From contig CAWAOD010000005.1 in assembly GCA_963783575.1 (NCBI GenBank), positions 224,001-288,000 of the forward strand: 64,000 nt of DNA, written 5' to 3'. A program made the position numbers and the translations under genes. Positions 38,156 through 50,908 of the stretch are shown piece by piece; within the stretch, counting starts at the first letter, position 1; every line of letters begins with the position of its first letter. The stretch is from an uncultured Spirochaetota bacterium. GTDB lineage: Bacteria; Spirochaetota; Brevinematia; Brevinematales; JAOACQ01. The notes beneath the pieces were generated by a model. The model was not told the origin of the DNA, did not search any database, and saw only the letters and a program-made list of their open reading frames with translations.

Positions 38156-41100
38156 ATGAAAATAGCATCAACTCCTCTGTGTTTTTTATTAATTTTTATT
38201 TCAAATGTATCATTTTCGATAAACTTGCAGGGGAATATAATCCAGGTTGATAAAAAAATAGACCAATCTTATGTTCAGGGATATACTTTTCAAAAAGTTT
38301 ATGATTCTCCAAAGGGTATTGCATTATGGTTGCTCGATGACAATCAAAAATTTTATAGTGTGGATAGCGATCAAAACTTTAAACAACTGATGTGGGGAGG
38401 CGGTGGTAGTATTAATGATTATGCAAGAAAAGTTATAGATTTGGATGTTCCTTGGGGGTTAGCATGTTCTACCAATGCAGTAAATATATATATCAGTGAT
38501 ATTAATTCTCATCATATTATTAAATATACTCGAAATAGTAATGGTATTGATTTTTATTCAAAAATTGGTACTTATGGTACAGGTTGGGGACAATTCAATC
38601 GACCTAGCGGGATTGCAGTAAGACAATATAAAAAAATGGATTTATTATATGTTATAGAAGCTGGAAATAACCGGCTTCAAGCTTTTTTAAATGACAACCT
38701 ATTTAAAATAGATAGTGATAATTTTAATTGTTTTAATTTAAATAACTCGGAACCAATGGGAATTACAATAATAGTAACCGATGAAACAAATTATAAAAAG
38801 GATAAAATCATTGTAAGCGATACATATGGAAATATTTGTTCTTATACTTATAATCATGATGTAATAAATCATTCAGGAAATCATATTTTATATATCGGCC
38901 TTGAAAAATCCCTCAACCTCAGTTCCATCGTTCCCAACGCCTCACTCTACGGAATAGCCATCGATGAATACAATCACATATTTGTTGTTGACAACGCCAA
39001 TACTCAGATCCATATTCTTGACCAAAACCTGAACTATCTTTTCAGCTACAATATGGCCGCAGACGGCATATGGTCTCCATGGTACATCGACATCTGGAAG
39101 CCGACGGGTAGGCTTGCCCTGACATGGGGAGGTTCCGGGACAAAACCGGATACAAACGACGGGGGCGGGATGGTTTACTGGATCGGCGCGAAGGTCTTCG
39201 GACTGAATACCGTGAATCCGCTTTTTTCGCCGCTCAGCCCGGATCAAAATACCTGCAAGGTTCAATACCGGCTTTTTACGCCGTCCAAAGTGACCGTGAC
39301 GGTTGAAGACCAGTCCGGTAATGCAGTCGCCCAGATTGAAAACGAGGCTTATAAAGATATAACCTCCGGCGATTCTTTCGAAACCGTCTGGAACGGCCTT
39401 GACGGTGACGGCAACCCGGTAACACCGGGAAATTACAAAATCAGGATAAAAGCCGACAGCCTTTACGGCGCTTATAGTTCGGATGAGGCTTCGGCGGATG
39501 TTTCCATTTCCATCCCCCTGGCAATCAATATAACAGGTATCGATCCTTCAGTAATCGATTCGCAGAACGGCACTGCCGTTGTTAATTACGGATACAACTA
39601 CGCGCCGGTAAGCATGAGCGCTTATGTGGAAAAGCAGGATGGGAGCGGCTGGACAATAATAAGGACGCTTTTTCAGAACAGCACGGCTTTTACGGGAAGC
39701 GTAAGCTGGAATGGTAAGCTTGACAGCGGAGCGAACGCGCCGGATGACGTTTATAGAATAAGGCTTACGGGTAAGGACAATTCAGGGATAACATCGGAAT
39801 CCATATGCATGGTTGTAGTTAACCGCCAGCCCATTGTACTTTTAGTTGATAACCCGGTTTTAACCGTAATGAACCCGAACAACCCGGCTTATAATAATAA
39901 TTCCATCATTTTTAACATAAGTAAACCGGCTAAGGTTGATATTGTTATAGACGACGCAGCAGGTAATTTAAAGAAAACCCTGCAGACCGGAATATCCTGC
40001 CCGGCAGGTGATAACAATGTCAGTTTTGACGCCGGCGGACTGGAGAACGGATCGTATAAAGTCGTAGTAACAGCCACACATGTTGTGACAGGCAATGTAC
40101 GTCAGGGAGAATCCCCTTTTTCAGTGGATACGATAGCTCCCGGAATTGTGATCAACAACCTTGATAATCCTTATATTTCACCGGATGAGGCTTCAAGTCC
40201 GAACATAAAAGACTCTGTTTCATTCAGCTTTACGGCCGATGAAAATTCAACCGCGGATGTTTCAATCATTAACAATGGCGGATCGATAGTCAAAAATATT
40301 TTTCAACAGCAGGTTATGACCCCTAACAATTCAATGCCGCTTAACTGGGACGGCAGGGACGATTCCGGTAATGTTGTACCTGACGGGGATTACAGGATTT
40401 TTGTTAAAGCTGTGGATTCGGTTGGGAATGTAGGATTAAAATATAATAAAGTGGTCGTAGATGATAACAATTCTGTTGAAAATATAAATTATATCGCGTC
40501 AACATCATTGATTATGAATATGACGGAAAATGATTTTAATTTTTACTGGTCCAGGCAATATAAAAAATATGTCTGGGTTAATACAAACTTGTTCAGCATA
40601 GTTTTGTCTGGGGAAGACGGAAATAACATTAAGACAATCCAGGGGTCGGGATCTTATACAATTAATGGTATATTATCGCCAAAAGAAAATTTTTATGGGG
40701 TTCTTGTTTGTACTAATTTTTACTTTAATGAATTTGAAGAGATAATATGTATTTATAGATTTCTTGATATTGCCGGTGAAAATCTAAGTGAAAATGAATT
40801 AACTAATATCTATCCTTCTGGCAAATATGAACTTGAAAATTCTATTTATATGCCATATTCCTTTAAAATTAATCAAGGCATAATGGAGAATAAAATAATT
40901 TTTGATAGTAGCTGGATAAACTATGGTAACTATAATGATCCATATCATATAAGTATAGGTATAAGAGATATTTTAAATACATCATATGAATATTTTGCAG
41001 ATTATGAAGATAGTCGTGAGCATAGTCTTGATTATCCTATCAATATTGGTTTTTTAACAAGCTCACCGGATGATAATTATATTATTTGGTCATGTTCTTA

Positions 41101-44100
41101 TGATTATTTACATGGTCAAGGTCAATCATTATATATTTATAATTATTCCAATGGACAAACCAAATCAATACCTAATATGTATATATTCATCAAATGGCTG
41201 GATAATACTAAATTTTTGGGTTTGATGAATAACCATCTTTATGAAATTGATGTAGCTTCCTTAAATGCGACTGACATCGGACCAATAAATGCCACCCCGG
41301 TTGAATTGAGTTTCGACGGTAAGTTATTATTATCGACAGACGGACAAAATGTATATTTATATTCTATGGAAAATAAATCGACTTCTTTTCTGTACAATTT
41401 TGATTCAATCTTCGGTTTTCAAAACTCGGTCGAACCGAAAAAATATGAATTGTTTTTCTCACAGAATGGGAATTATTTTTTAGTTTACGGCATTAAAAAT
41501 GGTGTAAGAGGTATCTACCGTGTTGATATAACTAAAACAGCCTCCAAAAACCTTACAGCCAGCCTCGACTATCCCAATTCCGGTATGGATCACATCGAAG
41601 GAGTTATCCAGGTTAGGGGAAGCGCCCTGGATTCGAATTTCGATAAGTATCAGCTTTATTATAAGCTGAGTACGGATGGTTCATGGACAAAAATTTGCGA
41701 AAGCTCTTCGCCTGTAAATCAGGATGTCCTGGGAACGCTTGATACAACAGCTTTTTACGATGGCAATTTTGTTGATATTAAATTATCGGCATATGATAAA
41801 GCGGGAAATGTGAGGGAAAGCGTCACGGAAAACAAGGTCATAAATAATGTTTCTTATCTCCTCTCCGCCGTTTCAGTGAACGGAGGTTATTTGACTCCAA
41901 ATAACGCTATTATAAATTACAAACTGAACGATACCGCTGACAGCGTTCAGATTACAATAAAAGACGCCGGCGGAAATACACAGATTCTGAATAACCAGCC
42001 TACAACAAGCGGACTTAAAACAATCAATATCGGAGGCAGTCTGAACTTGCTGTCCGATGGAAGGGTAACATATTCCGTCGTGGCGGTAAAAGATGGTAAA
42101 GGCATAACTTTAGGGGGCGATTTTATCCTTGATAAAACCCCACCGGCCATCACTATCGATAATCCAACCGGTACAGTCACTTCAAACAGGCAGGTTGATG
42201 TTACCGGTACGGTTAATGACGCGAACCTTTCGTATTACGATATCTTAGTAAACAATTCAAAAGTCAATACTGTAAGCGGTATCTCAGGCGGGTCTGTGAG
42301 CGGGAAGCTCGCTTCAATTGACTTACCCGATGAAATAACTTACACGGTAACCGTAAAAGCTTACGATAAAGCCGGAAATTCTTTTGATAAATCCATTAAC
42401 ATCATTGCCGACAGGACCCCGCCCATCTGTTTAATTAATTCTCCGGTTCAGGGTGAGGGGATCAGTAAAACTCTGAAGGCAAATGGAAGTATAACCGATC
42501 CGAACCCGGACAAATTTGATCTTTATCTAAATGATAATAAAATATATACCGGGAACCGGCCATGAAACGGAGAACTCAGTTTCAACACATCCTCCTTACA
42601 GGGCAATTATGTTTTGAAAATAAACGCTTCGGATACCGCAGGAAATACTGCTGTATTGACCAGGAATATTGTGGTTGACAATAATCCGCCCTCAACAGCG
42701 GTGACGTCAAGAGGAAAGTCTTTCAATGATGTTGTTTATAAAAACGGTTCGCAGAACCTGATAAACGCCGATACGCCGTTTGATTTTACATCGGTCAGCG
42801 GAGACGATTATTCTACAGTTGTAAATAACATGCCTTTTGTCTCAATCAACGGCGGGAGCTATACGCCTCTGGGAAGCGTTCATTTCAACGAAACCGTAAA
42901 GAATACCCCGCAGAATGTATCATATTATGCCTCTGACAATTTCGGGAATTCCGAAGCTGTTAAGTCTTTTACAGTTATAGTTGACAGTACTCCGCCGGCT
43001 GTAACCAATCAAATTTCCCAGCCGTTTTATCAATTAAACGGGGTAGTTTATATACCTCAGCAAAATAATATAACCCTATCAGCATCGGACGACCTGGCCG
43101 GTGTAAAAAACATTTATTATACAGCCCCCGGTAATGAAGGTTTTTCCTTATATGTACCGAATCAAAGCGGCCTGGCTTTAAATAAACCGGGAGAAAATAA
43201 AATATCTTATTATGCCGAGGACAATGTCGGCAATAAATCGGAACCTCAGACCTTGAGCCTTTTCCTGGATTCCATCCCGCCTTATACATCTTTAAATAAG
43301 GACGGGCAGGTATTTACTTCAGCAGATAAAATATATTATAAAGGAATCCTGCAATGCGTATTGATTCCGGTCGATTTCGGCTGCGGTGTAAAATCTTCTT
43401 TATATCGGCTGGATGGCGGAAACTATATCAATTCTGTGAATATCCCGGCTTTTCCGGCGAATATTAACGGTACTATCCGTCAGCTTGAATATTACAGTGT
43501 TGATTTTGTGAATAATGAAGAAAACCATAATAAAGTTACAATCGTTAATGATGAAACTCCGCCTGTTTCAACTTTGACAATCGATGGGGTTTCTTATACA
43601 AATAACTATGTTTATTGCCTTCCTTCAAATAAATTTAAAATCGAAGCCTCCGATTTCCTTTCAGGTGTAAAGGATATTTATTATAAAGTAGATACCGGCG
43701 ATTTTACCAATTATTTCGATGAATTAAGCATTAACCCTGGCGCATACGGTTCCTCCCACACAATTTATTATTATTCAATGGATGACCTCTCCAATTTAGA
43801 AAACGTTAATAGTATCGAAAAAATAATAATTGACGGAAATCCTCCTGAAACCTTAATTTCAGTTAAGTCCGGCAGGGTGATAAACTTCAATGGAAGTAAT
43901 TATTGCACAACAGGAACCATTTTTACTTTGAAAGCAACAGATGATTTGTGCGGAGTCGGGTCAACAATTTTTATTAAAAACGGTATTTCCAACTCCGGCA
44001 CTGATATAACCATTGACCGGGCAGGGAATTATAATCTGGATTATTATTCTATCGATCATCTTGGTAATATTGAGCAGGCAAAAAATTTGCAGGTTGTTTC

Positions 44101-46264
44101 CCCTATACCGGATACGACTCCGCCCGTTGTGGAATTAACATACAGCGGGATTACATATTCAACCAATAATCTACTTTACGCAAATACAAACCTGGTGATT
44201 TCAGTTACTTCTACCGATATAGCGCCGGCTTGGGAATACCCGACTGGCGTTTCAAATATTTTATATTCCATTAATGGAACATGGAAGGTAATACCCGGGG
44301 ATAAAACTGAGATTTTATTGCAGCCGGGGAGTATTCACATTTTATATTATTCCGGCGATAATGCCAATAATATCAGCGTTACAAATGAGTTTACCGTGAT
44401 TATTGATGAAAAGTCACCAATAACTATTTGCGATTATTCCAGTACAAATTGGACAAATAAATCCATATTATTAAATTTCCAGGCTTTGGATATGCCGGCA
44501 GGATTTTCAAGTGGCGTTAGTCAAACCTCATTAAGGATAGGTAATATTATCCTGTATTCTAATACTTTACTTATTCAGGACGATGGTATAAATAATATTT
44601 ATTTCAATACAGTGGATAATGTGAGCAATCGGGAAGCCGATAAATTGGTTACAGTAAAATCGGATTTCACTCCTCCGGCAATAAATATTACCGGTGCCAA
44701 TAATCTTACAAAATATGGAAAAAATGGTGTTAAACCAATAATTTACTTAAGCGATAGGCTTCCTGGAAGCGGGTTAGGAAGCATGGAACTGGAAATTATT
44801 AAGAATAATACATCATTCTTATACATATCGACAAATTTTGAGGGTATAACCTCATCTGAAATTGATCTGGATAAAATAACCGGTGAAGGCGATTACGTAA
44901 TGAATGTCAGGTTATATGATACAGCGCTTAATTTTTCAGGAGCTTCCATTATTTTTAAAATCGATACAACTCCTCCGGATATTCCCACAAATGTAAGGCA
45001 TCTATTTGACGGCAATGCAGAATACCTTGAATGGGATAAAGTCACAAACTTGGATTTAATGCAGTATGATATTTACCGTGATAGTAATTTTATCAATTAT
45101 TCTACCAATTCCGGATTTATAGATACTTATCATGAAGGGGCTATTCATAATTATAATATTTCTTCAATGGATAATGTCTGGAATGAAAGTGGAAAATCGT
45201 CAAATGAAATAATCAATACATCCACTGCTTTTTCTTTAGTCCATCCGTCAACAAACCAATTCTATAGAAATCACCTATGGATCAGGGCGGATTATTATGG
45301 AGATAATAAGAATAGTAAATTAAAGTTCTGGGATTTCCATTATGAGGATAACGATGAAGATAATATTTGCAACAATTTTGAACAATATATAATACCGTAT
45401 TGGGAGTTTCAAAATAGCAGGAATGATACTTTACAGGATGTTAAAGTAGAAATCGCTTTAAGCAACGCTCTTGTACCGACAAATTTCATTGTAGTTTTAC
45501 ATAAAGATTCTATTCAAAAGCATATTTTTATAAACCTTGATTTAAGGCAAATGGAAGAGGGCAATTATATATTGAAAGTAAGCGGCGTAAAAGACAATAT
45601 CCCAAAACTTGAAGATGCTATGTGGTTTGGGATTGATTCTACTTATCCGGTTACTTTCTTAACTGTAGACTCGAATATTTTAACAAATATGGAATCCAGA
45701 CAAAAAATTTATATCCCTTCTGGATCGACAATTGGTTTAATAGCGATAGACCCCATAGTTAATAATTCATCTTCCGGTGTAAAGCAAACCTATTTTTCAT
45801 TATCGGGAAATAAAATTAATACCGGGTGGTTAAATTATACTAATCAAAAATTATGTTTAAATAATGGGGAATATCTTTTATCATATTACAGCTGCGATAA
45901 TACTCACTTTTTATTTGAAGATTTTCCACAGGACTGGGTATTCCCTAGAAGTAATATTGAACCGTTAAAAACGATTGAAATTTATGTGGGGAATTATTTG
46001 CTTACAAATTGTTTGAATATTTGTGATGCCAAAATACCGGAATTTATTGTGAAAGGCATCTATGATTACGGGAAGTATAAAGGAAAAGCGGAATTCAATT
46101 TTTCAGTAACCAATGTTGTATCGTATGATGCGGAATTAGACGGTAAGAATGTGGCTTCTCCCCAAAAAATAACAATAAAAGGAGATCACAGGTTAAGAAT
46201 AAAAGCAATGGATAAATCGGGTAATATATTCATAAGAGATATTGTTTTTGAAATTTCGGATTGA
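38156..46264 (+). CDS. Giant exported multidomain surface protein (NHL/beta-propeller, FlgD-Ig, Ig-like and OmpL47-type repeats), interrupted by one in-frame TGA at 42563-42565
   Basis: GGAGG RBS and signal peptide at 38156; GQFNRPSGIAV..NNRLQ (NHL); WNGLDGDG..PGNY, WNGKLDSG..DDVY, WDGRDDSG..PDGDY (FlgD-Ig); many D.TPP and YY..DNVGN.E repeats. Track ORFs 38063-42565 and 42614-46264 are in the same frame with no other stop between. Confidence 0.8.
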
Positions 46265-46282
46265 ATCCGGCATTGCGGAATT

Positions 46283-47305
46283 TTATAACCCGGCCGCAGG
46301 GGCTTTTATTATCAAAATATTTCCATTTCCTGGAACGGCATCGAACATAATATACTTAACGGAATCGATCTCAATTATTTGTGAGGCGGTATCATTTCCG
46401 TTTTGTTTAACATTACAGGAAGACCAGCCGCTTGGCAGCGGACGCCGGATAGTAATGGGACACGAATAAACTGAATTATCAAGATTATTCGTTATATTAA
46501 TTAAAATACTATCGGATTTGCTTGAAATTTCCGTAAGAGTTACAGAATTTCTTTCAATTATATAGCGGACCGCATTTCCGAAACCTGTCACCCAGAATTT
46601 GTCTTTATTATTATTCAAATATTCAAGCCCGGCCTTAAGAACCGGAGAGGGAAGCGGTGAATAACCGCCGTCATCATCAATGCCATGAATCAAATAAACG
46701 CACCACCCTTTAAAACTGGCGGCTTCATTGTCATTACTTATAAAATCGGCAGCTGTTCTGACAGACCCCTGTCTTCCGCAGATTATCGAGCTTATATTAT
46801 ATAAATCCTGAGGAGTCCTTGATTCGATATATCCCTGGCAGCCTCGCGCGGCAATATAAAATTTGCCGACAATCGATGGTTTCCCAGTAATGCAGTTCGG
46901 ATATGAAAGAGTTAAGTTTTTTTGACCGTTGATATGAGCATTAATCGCGTCCATTGAATTTTTAAGTTCATCGGTTTGTAAAGCATCGGAAAGAATGCCT
47001 AAAGAGGCATGAGTAGCAGTGTGGCTTGCAATTTCGTGCCCATGAACCGCCGCATCCTGCAGGCCTGGCCAGTCCGGCATCCAGCCTGTGACGGTAAACA
47101 ATGTTGCCGTGAAACCAAATTCATTAAACATAGGGATAGCAAGAAAAAGCTGGTTCGGGCAATTGTCGTCAAAAGTATAGCTTATTGCCGCCGAGCGAAA
47201 TCCCTGCCAGACTCCGACTTCGTAAGGTTCAGCTATAGTTTGAGAGAAATTCAGGCAGAATGTTAAGAATAAGCCTATCATTGCAATACCGAACAATTTT
47301 ATCAT
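46283..47305 (-). CDS. Exported polysaccharide deacetylase (NodB/CE4)
   Basis: Signal peptide; SYTFDD, GHEIASHTATH, LSYP, YLIHG. Confidence 0.88.
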   Translation of the reverse strand: MIKLFGIAMIGLFLTFCLNFSQTIAEPYEVGVWQGFRSAAISYTFDDNCPNQLFLAIPMFNEFGFTATLFTVTGWMPDWPGLQDAAVHGHEIASHTATHASLGILSDALQTDELKNSMDAINAHINGQKNLTLSYPNCITGKPSIVGKFYIAARGCQGYIESRTPQDLYNISSIICGRQGSVRTAADFISNDNEAASFKGWCVYLIHGIDDDGGYSPLPSPVLKAGLEYLNNNKDKFWVTGFGNAVRYIIERNSVTLTEISSKSDSILINITNNLDNSVYSCPITIRRPLPSGWSSCNVKQNGNDTASQIIEIDSVKYIMFDAVPGNGNILIIKAPAAGL

Positions 47306-47446
47306 AACAATTTCCTCCTGCTAATTAACAATATAAATCTATTATTGACATTTTACAAATTAAACTGCAATTAAGCAAATTATTGGAATTTATTAGAATA
47401 ATGATTTGAAAATCGTAAATTAGAGATAATCTGCAGAGATTGAAAT

Positions 47447-49195
47447 TCAAGATTTTATTAGCGGTATATGTATAATAACCTTTGTTCCCTTTCCTTCGCT
47501 GCTTTCCACGGAAATATTTCCATTGTGCAGAATTACAATATGTTTAACAATGGACAAACCCAATCCGGTGCCTCCGGTTTTTCTCGAGCGGGATTTATCT
47601 GCCACATAAAACCTTTCAAAAATCCTTGGCAGGTCTTTCTTAGAAATCCCTATGCCGGTATCTTCAATGATAACTTCGGAAAGATCATTTATAAAACTGG
47701 TAGTAATTGAAATTTCACCTTCCTCAGTATACTTTATAGAATTATCGATTAAATTAATAAAAAGCTGTTCCAGTCTGAATATGTCCCCGGGTACCGGTGG
47801 AAGACCGGGTAAAAGATTCAGTCTAATGCTTAAACCCTTATGCTGAATACGATTTTCAAAAATTTTTAATATTCCTTCAATTATATTATTAAGATTTACT
47901 TTTTCAAAAATAATGTCGGGCTTTTCATTTTCCAATTCCGATAAAGTAAGCAAGTCATTAACTATGCTTATCAGGCGGTTTGTATGACGCAGGACAATAT
48001 CCAGGTATTTCTTCCTGTCAGTTTCACCGTCATCCTGAAGTGTTTCAACATAACCCTTGATTGCCGTAAGCGGTGTTCTTAATTCATGTGATACATTTAC
48101 AACAAATTCCTTTTTTATTTTCTCCAGGTTTTTGATATCGGTTATATCATGCCAGATTACAACAACTTCTTCCTTGAATGGAATAAAACTGGCAAAGCAG
48201 AGATAGATTTTATCAGATATGTCAAGTTCTTCCGACAAACTTTTCTTTTCATTTTTAATTCTGTTTAGAAATTCACTGAATATTAAATTACGGAAAACCT
48301 CCCAGTGATATTTTCCTTCAGGGTGATTTTCATTGATAATCTTTTTAAAACTATTATTACAGAAAGCTATTTTTCCGCTTTTATCCAGAACAAACAATCC
48401 CTCCTCAAGGGAATTGATTATTGTAAATATTTCATCATTCCTGTTTTTCAATTCCTGAAAAAGGGACTCAATATTAGAAACCATATAATTAAAATGATCG
48501 GCAATCAGCTTAAATTCGTCATCATTTTTGAGGAAAATCCTTACCGAAAAATTGCCTTCTGCTGTTCTGCTAAATGCATCAGTAATCTTGTTTAGAGGTA
48601 AAACAAGGGTTCTGGAAAGAATAAACACAGTTATCAATGAAATAAATATTAAAATAATGCCGAACATTATCAGTCTTAAGTTCATTTTATTCAATAATAA
48701 ATCGATCTCTTTAATATATAAGCTTGAACGGATAACTGCAATTATTTTGCCTTCACTCCTTACAGGATCGGCAACATAAAACATTTCTTCTCCGATTGTA
48801 GTGCTGAAATGCTCCGAATGCCCCGTATCTCCTTTAAGAGCTTGCATAAACTCAATCCTGCCGATATGATTTTCAATTATATGCGGATCTTTAAGTGAAT
48901 CTGCAAGAACAACTCCATTTGTATTGATAACTGTTAATCTAGCATGCAGTTCTTTGCCGAGCTTTTTAACAAAATCATCCATTTCATCATATTTTTTTGT
49001 TTCCAGATATGGAAGGATATCATAACTGGAAGTGATATTTATATCGATAAGGTTTTTGGTGACCGTATCAAGGTAATAGCTTTTTATTATCCTGAAAGAA
49101 TAAATCAGTATCAGGAATAATATTAAAAAAGTTGTGAGAAAGCTGCCGAAAAATATTTTGTATATAACCGAATTTTTTAAAAATTTGTTTCCCAT
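47447..49195 (-). CDS. phoR: Phosphate regulon sensor histidine kinase (HAMP-PAS-HisKA-HATPase)
   Basis: ENHIGRIEF periplasmic motif; NVSHELRTPLTAIKGYVETL; RIFERFYVADKSRSR..GGTGLGLSIVKH. Confidence 0.9.
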   Translation of the reverse strand: MGNKFLKNSVIYKIFFGSFLTTFLILFLILIYSFRIIKSYYLDTVTKNLIDINITSSYDILPYLETKKYDEMDDFVKKLGKELHARLTVINTNGVVLADSLKDPHIIENHIGRIEFMQALKGDTGHSEHFSTTIGEEMFYVADPVRSEGKIIAVIRSSLYIKEIDLLLNKMNLRLIMFGIILIFISLITVFILSRTLVLPLNKITDAFSRTAEGNFSVRIFLKNDDEFKLIADHFNYMVSNIESLFQELKNRNDEIFTIINSLEEGLFVLDKSGKIAFCNNSFKKIINENHPEGKYHWEVFRNLIFSEFLNRIKNEKKSLSEELDISDKIYLCFASFIPFKEEVVVIWHDITDIKNLEKIKKEFVVNVSHELRTPLTAIKGYVETLQDDGETDRKKYLDIVLRHTNRLISIVNDLLTLSELENEKPDIIFEKVNLNNIIEGILKIFENRIQHKGLSIRLNLLPGLPPVPGDIFRLEQLFINLIDNSIKYTEEGEISITTSFINDLSEVIIEDTGIGISKKDLPRIFERFYVADKSRSRKTGGTGLGLSIVKHIVILHNGNISVESSEGKGTKVIIHIPLIKS

Positions 49196-49213
49196 TTTTT
49201 TATTACCAAGCCT

Positions 49214-49888
49214 TTATTCCATTTTATAACCGATTCCCCGTGCATTTTTAATGCGGTTGCCGGATTGTCCAAGTTTGTCACGGAGATTTTTAATATGTAC
49301 ATCAATAGTTCGATCCAGAACGGCTTTTTCATTCCCCCAGAGTTTATCCAGAAGCTGATTTCTGGAATATACTCTTCCAGGCCTGGCTGCAAGTATTTGA
49401 AGAATCCTGAATTCTGTAGTCGTTAAATTAATGCTTTCCCCTCTAATCTTAACTTCAAATTTTTCACTATCAATTAATACATCTCCCAGCCTTATAATAT
49501 CTTTTTCTTCAGGCCTTTCCGCCCTTCTCAGCACAGCTTTAACCCTTGCGACAAGTTCTTTCGGGGAAAAAGGCTTTGTTATATAATCATCCGCGCCCAG
49601 CTCAAGGCCAAGGACTTTATCAGTCTCATCGCCTTTCGCTGTAAGCATAATAACCGGTATATTTGAAAATGTGTTGTCCTTTTTCAGCCTTTTACATATT
49701 TCAAGACCGTCATCATCGGGAAGCATCAGGTCTAAAATAATGGCGTCGGGTTTTTGTTTTTTTAATGAATTCATTAAAGATTGAGCCAAAGAAAATTCCT
49801 TAACGGAGAAACTCGCTTTTTTGAGATGTATTGAAACAAGCTCAAGAATATCCGGCTCATCATCAACAACATAAATCAATTTATTCAT
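49214..49888 (-). CDS. phoB: OmpR-family response regulator, PhoB/PhoP-like
   Basis: VVDDE, LDLMLP, GADDYITKPFSPKEL, DRTIDVHIKNLRDKL; adjacent to phoR. Confidence 0.85.
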   Translation of the reverse strand: MNKLIYVVDDEPDILELVSIHLKKASFSVKEFSLAQSLMNSLKKQKPDAIILDLMLPDDDGLEICKRLKKDNTFSNIPVIMLTAKGDETDKVLGLELGADDYITKPFSPKELVARVKAVLRRAERPEEKDIIRLGDVLIDSEKFEVKIRGESINLTTTEFRILQILAARPGRVYSRNQLLDKLWGNEKAVLDRTIDVHIKNLRDKLGQSGNRIKNARGIGYKME

Positions 49889-50220
49889 AAAATTGAACTC
49901 CGTAAATCTGTTATTTATTAATATTTCTATATTTATTATTTTAATACCTGTCGATTATTTAATCAATCAATAATTTAAAGAAATATATATTTTTGATTAT
50001 TATACAGCAGTTTTTAGGTAATTTACAAAGAAAAGATATTAGTTATTCTATTCTTTCAAAACACACATAACTTTATATTCATTTGCTTCAATGCAGGTAC
50101 AAGTTTATAGCTTTATGAATTTTAAAGTTGGCTGTATTATTAAAATAATAATTAATTATAAATAAAAATAATTATTTTTGGATTAGAATTCTGTTAAGAA
50201 ATGGTTTATTTTTATAAGTT

Positions 50221-50718
50221 CTAGTCCATAGAAATGCGTAATTGAAAGTCATGTTTTTTGAAATCGTATATAATTTGTGTATCTCTTCTAAATATCTTCA
50301 TCTCGCTCATATGCCTTTCTATGTCGAAATGCTTCACCCATATAAGTACGATAGATATAATACGCTTGCTTTCCTCCGGTAACCGTAAAGAATTAAGCCT
50401 TTCGCATTCCTCTTGAATCCTTTTGATTCTGTCTTTTACAAGTTTTAAATTATCCGATTGAGAAACTTCGATCATATACTGAACAATTTTATCGCCCAGT
50501 TTTTCTCTGAATAAATCTGAGATGTTTACATTTTCACCCAATTTTTTTGATTTTTTTTTCTTTTTATTTATAAACCGGAAAGGGTTTTTCATTAAAAGAA
50601 ATGTGTCAAAATTTTTTTTTCTTATAACAACAAAAAATGTAATAATTAATAATATTCCAAGTAATGAAAAAAGCCAAATAAAAAGGTAAATAATAAATTT
50701 CTCATATGGATAGAGCAA
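50221..50718 (-). CDS. Hypothetical membrane-anchored protein
   Basis: N-terminal TM helix; GAGG before TTG start. Confidence 0.65.
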   Translation of the reverse strand: MLYPYEKFIIYLFIWLFSLLGILLIITFFVVIRKKNFDTFLLMKNPFRFINKKKKKSKKLGENVNISDLFREKLGDKIVQYMIEVSQSDNLKLVKDRIKRIQEECERLNSLRLPEESKRIISIVLIWVKHFDIERHMSEMKIFRRDTQIIYDFKKHDFQLRISMD

Positions 50719-50908
50719 TAGTTTCCTCGATATATATTATTATAATAAATTATCGGTAAAATCCTGACAAAAAAATATAGCGCTAATCTAATGTTAACAA
50801 AACAAATCTCAACTAAGCATGAATATTATAGTTTCTTGCAATATAAATTCTTATCATATAATATTTATTTATTATTAATAATAAATTCTCAAAATGCCGG
50901 AGGAAATC

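Noticed and set aside
37528..46264. Genome-wide or island-wide TGA reassignment (genetic code 4/25)
   Set aside because: TGA ends many clearly complete genes (phoU, ygiD, phoR). In paralogues 1 and 2 it falls at the position where paralogue 3 has TAA, and Trp is encoded by TGG throughout.
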